Of a DNA stretch of 32,000 nt, positions 24,780 to 30,645 are shown piece by piece. Every line of letters starts with the position of its first letter. The stretch's first letter is position 1. The notes below the pieces were generated by a model, which had not been told where the DNA came from, searched no databases, and saw nothing but the letters and a program-made list of their open reading frames with translations. Source of the stretch: Telmatocola sphagniphila (GTDB lineage: Bacteria; Planctomycetota; Planctomycetia; Gemmatales; Gemmataceae); contig NZ_CP074694.1 of NCBI RefSeq assembly GCF_018398935.1, positions 4,650,001 to 4,682,000 on the forward strand. The letters are read 5' to 3'. A program made the position numbers and the translations under genes.

Positions 24780-26144
24780 GTGTCTCAAGCACGAGCATTG
24801 GAATTACTGCGTGAAGGAATTGCCGCCGCACGAGCGGGCGATAAACCACGGACGCGGCAACTGTTGAGCCAGAGCACTGCGCTCGATCCTACTAACGAAA
24901 TTGCCTGGCTCTGGTACGCCGGGGTGACCGATTCACCTGCGGAAGCTCTTCGCTTTCTGGAAAAAGTTCTGCAAATCAATCCCCGGAACGAGCGGGCACT
25001 GACGGGCATTAAGACGGTTCGGCTGCAGGCGGGGATTGCAGCGGCCAAGGCTCAAGATCGCAGCGGGGCTCGCGATCTGCTACGGTTGGTGGTCGCCGAG
25101 GAGCCGCGTAACGAAGTGGCTCTCATGTGGCTCGCGGGGGTTACGGATTCGCCCGAAGAGGCCCTGGGCTATCTTCTCCGCGTTCTGGAGATCAATCCAA
25201 ACAACGAAAGAGCCAAGAGCGGGGTCACTTACTACCAGAACAAGATTCCCAAAGCGCCGCCGGTCACTCCCGCGCCGGAACCGCTCTCACCGCCTCCAAT
25301 TTCCCTCGAGAAAAGTTCGGCCGTCTGGATCTGTCCGTTCTGCTCCACAGGTGCGGAAGTCAAACTCAATCGCTGCCCCAATTGCCGGGCGATCCAGGTT
25401 CCGCATCAGATCAATCTGGAAACCTTTACGCCGGATGTCGATCGCGAGAAGATTCGCACCGCCGTCATGAAACTGACGATGCAGCTGCGGACCAAGCCCG
25501 ACTACGCTTCCAATTACAATCTCGGTTTGGCCTGTCTGAATCTGGGCCGGATCGATGAATCGATCCATCACTTCACGGCGGCGCTTCGCTTTCAGCCCGA
25601 TAATGAAGCGCTCGATGTCTTTTTACAGCAGCTCGAACAGAGAAAAACCACCCCGGAGCGGGCTTCGATTCGCGTGCCTGCGAAATCGAACCCGGTCGTG
25701 GCCGGAGCGATGCGTCCGCCGACGCCGAAGCCGTTATCCTCGGATTCCGGGTCCAAGCGGATGATCCTGGTTGTCGACGACAGTCCGACGATTCGCAAGC
25801 TGGTGGCCATGACCATGATCAAAAACGGTTACCGGGTCGTCGAAGCCAGCGAAGGCAACGAAGCGGTCACTCGCATGCAGGAACAGGGCACTCCCGATCT
25901 GGTGCTCCTCGATATCAACATGCCCGGGATGGATGGCTACACGCTTTGCAAGCTGATCCGTCAGAAGCCGGAAACGTCCAAAATTCCGGTGATCATGCTG
26001 TCGGGCAAGGATGGTTTTTACAACAAAATTCGTGGGAAAATGGCAGGTTCGACCCTTTATCTGACCAAGCCCTTTCAACCCGATGCTTTGCTGAAAGTCG
26101 TGCAGAAGTACTGCCCGGCGGATGGGATGGCCGTCACCGCTTAA
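24780..26144 (+). CDS. PilG-like response regulator: duplicated TPR-like module, 4-Cys zinc ribbon and C-terminal receiver domain
   Basis: GTG at 24780 with GAGGAG 7 nt upstream. Two ~72-aa repeats read ...NEIAWLWYAGVTDSPAEALRFLEKVLQINPRNERA... and ...NEVALMWLAGVTDSPEEALGYLLRVLEINPNNERA.... The zinc ribbon is CPFCSTGAEVKLNRCPNC (about 25332-25385). The receiver runs from about 25755: ILVVDDSPTIRKLV...LLDINMPGMDGY...VIMLSGKDGFYNKIRGKMAGSTLYLTKPF. That sequence closely resembles Pseudomonas PilG as I recall it. Confidence 0.8.
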   Translation: MSQARALELLREGIAAARAGDKPRTRQLLSQSTALDPTNEIAWLWYAGVTDSPAEALRFLEKVLQINPRNERALTGIKTVRLQAGIAAAKAQDRSGARDLLRLVVAEEPRNEVALMWLAGVTDSPEEALGYLLRVLEINPNNERAKSGVTYYQNKIPKAPPVTPAPEPLSPPPISLEKSSAVWICPFCSTGAEVKLNRCPNCRAIQVPHQINLETFTPDVDREKIRTAVMKLTMQLRTKPDYASNYNLGLACLNLGRIDESIHHFTAALRFQPDNEALDVFLQQLEQRKTTPERASIRVPAKSNPVVAGAMRPPTPKPLSSDSGSKRMILVVDDSPTIRKLVAMTMIKNGYRVVEASEGNEAVTRMQEQGTPDLVLLDINMPGMDGYTLCKLIRQKPETSKIPVIMLSGKDGFYNKIRGKMAGSTLYLTKPFQPDALLKVVQKYCPADGMAVTA

Positions 26145-26176
26145 AATTCACCGCGAGATAAGTTCAACGGGAAGTT

Positions 26177-26755
26177 ATGAGTTCGATCCTTCGCCCAAGT
26201 CCTGTCGCACCGTCCAGTTCGGCTCCCCGAGCGGTCCCCGCCGCTGCGCTTCCCGATTCTGAAAAATTTCTGACGGAGCTGTGCGATTTTTTGACGAAGC
26301 TCGATCAGGAGCGCGAAATTCTGCGACAGGTCGAACTTCCGGCCGATGCCGAGCGAGCCGTTCAGACGGTGTACCAGCTGGTGGATAGTATCGTGGAGTT
26401 TGCCAACGAGCGGTTTGGCATCAACCATCGGCACGAGAAGTTGCAGGCGACGATTCTGGAATTTTATCAGGACTCGAACGAGCTGTTACCGAGCCTGCGA
26501 CGCCGACGCTTTCAGCGCTCGTTGACGAGCGGCGAATTCGCTGCCCAGAAGGGGCTGATCGCCCGGGTATTGAACTTGTTTGTAGAAGCGTTGTATCTTC
26601 AGTTCGAGTTTTTCACGAGCCAGTTGGCCGATCGGCGGCACGCCCGAATCTGGGTGGAAGCCGCCGCGGTTTTCTGCGTCGACGTGCAGCGAATTTTAAG
26701 ATCCTACGGTTTAACTGAAACGGAAGTACGAAGGAATTCAGGACATGACGAATAA
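26177..26755 (+). CDS. Hypothetical 192-aa, predicted mostly helical protein inside the chemosensory cluster
   Basis: ATG at 26177. The ORF ends 11 nt inside the next gene, implying coupled translation. Codon usage and GC look native. I recognise no motif. The N-terminal 30 aa are Pro/Ser/Ala-rich. Confidence 0.5.
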   Translation: MSSILRPSPVAPSSSAPRAVPAAALPDSEKFLTELCDFLTKLDQEREILRQVELPADAERAVQTVYQLVDSIVEFANERFGINHRHEKLQATILEFYQDSNELLPSLRRRRFQRSLTSGEFAAQKGLIARVLNLFVEALYLQFEFFTSQLADRRHARIWVEAAAVFCVDVQRILRSYGLTETEVRRNSGHDE

Positions 26756-27110
26756 CACCATTCTGATCGTAGACGACTCTCCCACGGAACTCAAGATTGT
26801 GACCAATGCTTTGCGCAATCGGGGTTATCGCATAGTCACGGCCATCGATGGCGATGAAGCTCTGCAGAAGGCTTCGCACGAGAAGCCCCGGCTGATGCTC
26901 CTGGATGTTGTGCTGCCGAAGAAAAATGGTTTCCAGGTCTGCCGGCAATTGAAGAACTCGGCCGAGACCAAGGACATCAAAATCATTCTTCTGACGAGCA
27001 AAAGTCAGGATAGCGACCGCTACTGGGGCATGAAGCAGGGTGCGGATGCTTATGTGACCAAGCCTTTTGAAGAAGCAGAACTGCTTTCCAGTGTCGGTGC
27101 CTTCATGTAA
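26745..27110 (+). CDS. Single-domain CheY-like response regulator, PilH-like
   Basis: ILIVDDSPTELKIV...LMLLDVVLPKKNGFQVCRQLK...IILLTSKSQDSDRYWGMKQGADAYVTKPF resembles PilH/PixH-type receivers. AGGA lies upstream of the ATG at 26745. Confidence 0.88.
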   Translation: MTNNTILIVDDSPTELKIVTNALRNRGYRIVTAIDGDEALQKASHEKPRLMLLDVVLPKKNGFQVCRQLKNSAETKDIKIILLTSKSQDSDRYWGMKQGADAYVTKPFEEAELLSSVGAFM

Positions 27111-27225
27111 GCATTTTCCCGCGCGGAATTTTCCTGCCTCGCCCGAAATGATGTCCTAGATTTCTTCCAGACTCTCAAATATTTTGTGCCGTCCTGTGCG
27201 GCACTGCAACGGGGTTGCCGCTGCT

Positions 27226-29043
27226 ATGACACCTCCAGAAGAAGAGGAAAATATCTCGTTCGAGCTGGTTCTGCCCGGTGCAGACGAGCCATCGAGTATT
27301 GGTTGGCTGGCTCCGCCGAGTCCCCCGGACGGGAATGAATCTCCTCTTCCCGGCTGGCTCAACAACGAAACTTCGGGAGAGGAATTTCGTTCGGGACTGG
27401 TCCCTTCTTCCCCCACGATTATCCGCAAGGTTCGGCAATCCACGCTGATCGTTCGCCGAGATGAAATCGAGCGGGATGCTTTAACCGCCAAAGCCCCGAA
27501 TGTGCCGAATGCATCGACACTTCCTCCCGAAGCTCTGAAAAAAGCCGTCAAGAATCCCCTGGTTTACGGGCTCATCGCCAAAGTTTCGCTGCCGCGCCCC
27601 GCTTTTCAGTTTAAGATCGAACACGATCTGCCCGCGAATGTCGCATTACTGGATGTGAAACCGAAAGCGGCGGTCGTTGGCAATCGCATCATCTGGAGTT
27701 TCGGCCGCGTTGATCCGGGCCAGGAAATCCGCCTTCAACTGGTGATTCAGCCCGAGGAAGGTGCGGTCATCAACCCGTCCGACCTCGCCGTCTTTGAAGC
27801 CGGTTACAAGCAATCGCTGCATTTTCAAACGCCCATCGCCCGGCCGCGGCTGTCGGCAGTGGCAGATGGTCCCATTGAAATGCCGATGGGAACCTGGGAA
27901 ACCGTCCGGCTGCAAATTCGCAATTCGGGCAACTGGCCGGTGAAGAACGCCATTGTTCGCGGACTGCTGCCGACCGGCTTGAAGCTCGGGGAAAATGCTC
28001 CGACTCAGGAAGAAATCGGTTTATTGCTGCCGGGAGAAGTTTACGAATTCAGCTACCGGGTGCGAGCCACGCAGGAAGGTCCGCAGACCATCCTCTTCGA
28101 ACTCAGCGGTTCCGATAATACTTCCTGCCAGGTGGAACGGACCATCGTCGTCCTGGCCCCCAAGCTCGAACTTCGCATCCCGGGGCCAATTCGGGCGGCT
28201 CAGGATCAGGAAGTCGAATTTCAACTCGAGCTTTCCAACTTCGGCCGGGCCTGCACCGAGCAATACGAAGTGTATCTCGATTACTCGGCCCACCTTGAGC
28301 CACTCAAGTTCGAGCGCGGTTCCATCGATTCGGTCCGTCGTCGCCTGAGCTGGACGGGGCCGGCCATGCAGCCGAACTCGGAAGTCTCCTATCCCGTTCG
28401 CTTCAAGACCGCTCAACTGGGAATCGCCGAGTTGAACGTCGAAGTTCGAACGGCCAGCGGTGCACGCATCAAATCGAGCCGGTCGCTGACGATCGAAAAG
28501 CAAACCGACCGCAAGCGCGAGATTCAGGAACAGTTCATCGCGTCGATGGAAGCTCGACTCAACGTGGGATTTCCCGCAGTTAGCGGGGCCGCCGATGCGA
28601 CTGTCGAAACCAGTCAGCACATCGTTTTCAGCATTCATAATTCCGATTTTGCTCTGCCGATGTCTGTCGTGCGTGAAGTCGGCCGGGCTCCTCATACGAC
28701 ACCGGTGCCCAACGTACCCGATTGGTTGGTAGGCCTGGCGAACATACGAGGCGAGATCGTCTCGGTCGTCGATCTCGCAGGCTTCCTGCAAATCAATTCC
28801 TCGGGCGATACGGCCGAGAAGCGAATTCTGGTCGTGCGTAGCCAGCAAAGCAGCGTGCAGACGGCCTTGATCGTCGATCGCATCCGCGGCCTGAGAAATT
28901 TGAACGAACAGACCTTGCAGCCTATGGAAATCGCGTCGCCGTTCGTGCGCGGCCGAGTCGAATCGCAAGGTCTGGAGATATCGCTTCTGCAGACGGAGGA
29001 GATGTTGAATTCTCCCCAGATGCGGCAGTTTGAAATTTATTAA
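27226..29043 (+). CDS. CheW-domain adaptor (PilI-like) with a ~460-aa N-terminal extension containing three Ig-like (DUF11/CARDB-like) repeats
   Basis: The C-terminal CheW domain runs from about 28615: HIVFSIHNSDFALPMSVVREVGR...PDWLVGLANIRGEIVSVVDLAGFL...RILVVRS...ALIVDRIRGLRNL. The N-terminal repeats include LPANVALLDVKPKAAVVGNRIIWSFGRVDPGQEIRLQLVIQP, TVRLQIRNSGNWPVKNAIVRGLLPTGLKL...YEFSYRVRATQEG and EVEFQLELSNFGRACTEQYEVYLDYSAHLEPL...VSYPVRFKTAQLG. No signal peptide or TM helix is present. The ATG at 27226 is preferred over the listed TTG at 27184. Confidence 0.8.
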   Translation: MTPPEEEENISFELVLPGADEPSSIGWLAPPSPPDGNESPLPGWLNNETSGEEFRSGLVPSSPTIIRKVRQSTLIVRRDEIERDALTAKAPNVPNASTLPPEALKKAVKNPLVYGLIAKVSLPRPAFQFKIEHDLPANVALLDVKPKAAVVGNRIIWSFGRVDPGQEIRLQLVIQPEEGAVINPSDLAVFEAGYKQSLHFQTPIARPRLSAVADGPIEMPMGTWETVRLQIRNSGNWPVKNAIVRGLLPTGLKLGENAPTQEEIGLLLPGEVYEFSYRVRATQEGPQTILFELSGSDNTSCQVERTIVVLAPKLELRIPGPIRAAQDQEVEFQLELSNFGRACTEQYEVYLDYSAHLEPLKFERGSIDSVRRRLSWTGPAMQPNSEVSYPVRFKTAQLGIAELNVEVRTASGARIKSSRSLTIEKQTDRKREIQEQFIASMEARLNVGFPAVSGAADATVETSQHIVFSIHNSDFALPMSVVREVGRAPHTTPVPNVPDWLVGLANIRGEIVSVVDLAGFLQINSSGDTAEKRILVVRSQQSSVQTALIVDRIRGLRNLNEQTLQPMEIASPFVRGRVESQGLEISLLQTEEMLNSPQMRQFEIY

Positions 29044-29138
29044 TGGCCTGACGGCCGACCTCCGCCGCTCCCGTACGAGCGTGGAGAGTATTAACCGATT
29101 GAGTAGATCTCGAACTCTATTGAGAGTAGGTAGAACTG

Positions 29139-30632
29139 ATGAACCCCTTATCGAAATTCAGCAACCTGCGCGTCTGGCAGAAACTGACTCTCGTGGCCGT
29201 GGCCCTGACCATGCCGATCCTGATGCTCGCTTATCTGACCATCGCGGGTGGTCGGGGCGAACAGTCTTCGGTCACTGCCTTCGTGGTCATTCTTTTAGGG
29301 GGCGGCCTGGCCGGCTGGCTGATGTATGCGATCACCCGCTCGGTGAATCGGCAGACGCAGTCGATCCGCGCCATGTTCGAGCAGATTTCAGTCGGGAATA
29401 TCGACGCCCGAGCCGAAGTGATCACCGGGGATGAACTCGGCGAGATCGCCAACGGCCTCAACGCCATGATGGATAACATGCGAAGCCTCATCCAGTCGCG
29501 CGAAGAGCGAGATCGGATGCAGGGCGCAGTTATGAAACTGCTCGAAGAAGTTTCCGGCGTCGCCGATGGGGACCTCACTAAGGAAGCCGAAGTGACCGCC
29601 GATGTGACTGGCGCCATCGCCGACTCGTTCAACTATATGATCGGCCAGTTGCGAATGGTTATCGGCAACGTGCAGCAGACCACTCGCCAGGTTTCCCGCT
29701 CGGCCACCGATGTCTACTCCTCCGCGAAGAATCTGGTGGGCGGTACCGAACAGCAATCGAAGCAGATCGTCAGTACTTCCGAGGCCGTCGAAGAGATGGC
29801 GGGCTCGATTCAACAGGTTTCGGAAAACGCCATCGTCTCGGCTCAAGTGGCCGAGCAGGCTCTGAAGAATGCCCAGGCTGGTAACTCGGCCGTGAAGAAT
29901 ACCATCTCCGGGATGGACCGCATTCGCGATCAGGTGCAGGAAACGGCAAAACGCATCAAGCGGCTGGGTGAATCGACGCAGGAAATCGGACAGATCGTGC
30001 AGTTGATCGACGATATCGCCGACCGCACTTCGATCCTCGCTTTGAACGCTTCGATCCAAGCCTCGATGGCCGGGGAATCGGGCCGCGGCTTTGCGGTGGT
30101 CGCCGAGGAAGTGGAACGATTGGCCGATCGGTCGACCGATGCCACCCGCAAGATTGCCACGCTGGTGAAGACGATTCAATCGGAAACCAACGAAGCGGTC
30201 GGGGCCATGGAAAAGGGTATTCAGGAGGTGGTGGAAGGTTCTCGCCTCGCTTCGCAGGCCGGTCAATCGCTGGCGGAAATTGAAGCCGTTTCCAAGAAAC
30301 TGGCCGAGTTGATTTCCTCGATCTCGACCGCATCCCGTCAGCAGGCCAGAGCCTCTGAAGGGGTGGCCAAGTCGATGAACGAAATTTCCGCAATCACCCA
30401 ATCGACCGCGGCGGGTACCAAGAACGCGGCTTTAGCAGTCTCCAATCTCGCCGGACTGGCAGAAGATCTTCGACAATCGGTTTCGATGTTCCGCTTACCG
30501 CGAACCGGCCAGACTGAAGACGGCACCTCGAATTCTCCCCGAGCAACTCGGGCCGGCCTGGATCTCTCTTCCATGCCGAATGTGGGCGGCAATAACAAAC
30601 CCAAAGAAGCGATGCCGGTAACCCGGTTCTAG
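29139..30632 (+). CDS. Methyl-accepting chemotaxis protein, PilJ-like, with a membrane hairpin and no sizeable periplasmic domain
   Basis: Two TM helices are separated by about 10 residues (LTLVAVALTMPILMLAYLTIAG / AFVVILLGGGLAGWLMYAI). A HAMP region follows (GDELGEIANGLNAMMDNM). The segment LLEEVSGVADGDLTKEAEVTADVTGAIADSFNYMIGQL is typical of PilJ/PixJ-type receptors. The signalling hairpin reads ILALNASIQASMAGESGRGFAVVAEEVERLADRS. Confidence 0.9.
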   Translation: MNPLSKFSNLRVWQKLTLVAVALTMPILMLAYLTIAGGRGEQSSVTAFVVILLGGGLAGWLMYAITRSVNRQTQSIRAMFEQISVGNIDARAEVITGDELGEIANGLNAMMDNMRSLIQSREERDRMQGAVMKLLEEVSGVADGDLTKEAEVTADVTGAIADSFNYMIGQLRMVIGNVQQTTRQVSRSATDVYSSAKNLVGGTEQQSKQIVSTSEAVEEMAGSIQQVSENAIVSAQVAEQALKNAQAGNSAVKNTISGMDRIRDQVQETAKRIKRLGESTQEIGQIVQLIDDIADRTSILALNASIQASMAGESGRGFAVVAEEVERLADRSTDATRKIATLVKTIQSETNEAVGAMEKGIQEVVEGSRLASQAGQSLAEIEAVSKKLAELISSISTASRQQARASEGVAKSMNEISAITQSTAAGTKNAALAVSNLAGLAEDLRQSVSMFRLPRTGQTEDGTSNSPRATRAGLDLSSMPNVGGNNKPKEAMPVTRF

Positions 30633-30645
30633 AAATCGAAACTCT

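Noticed and set aside
27186-27204. Hairpin GTGCCG-tcctgtg-CGGCAC between the PilH-like and CheW genes, considered as a terminator or attenuator.
   Set aside because: It has only a 6-bp stem and no downstream U-tract, and it lies 22 nt before the preferred ATG at 27226. That is insufficient evidence for a functional element, and it may simply be part of the 5' leader.
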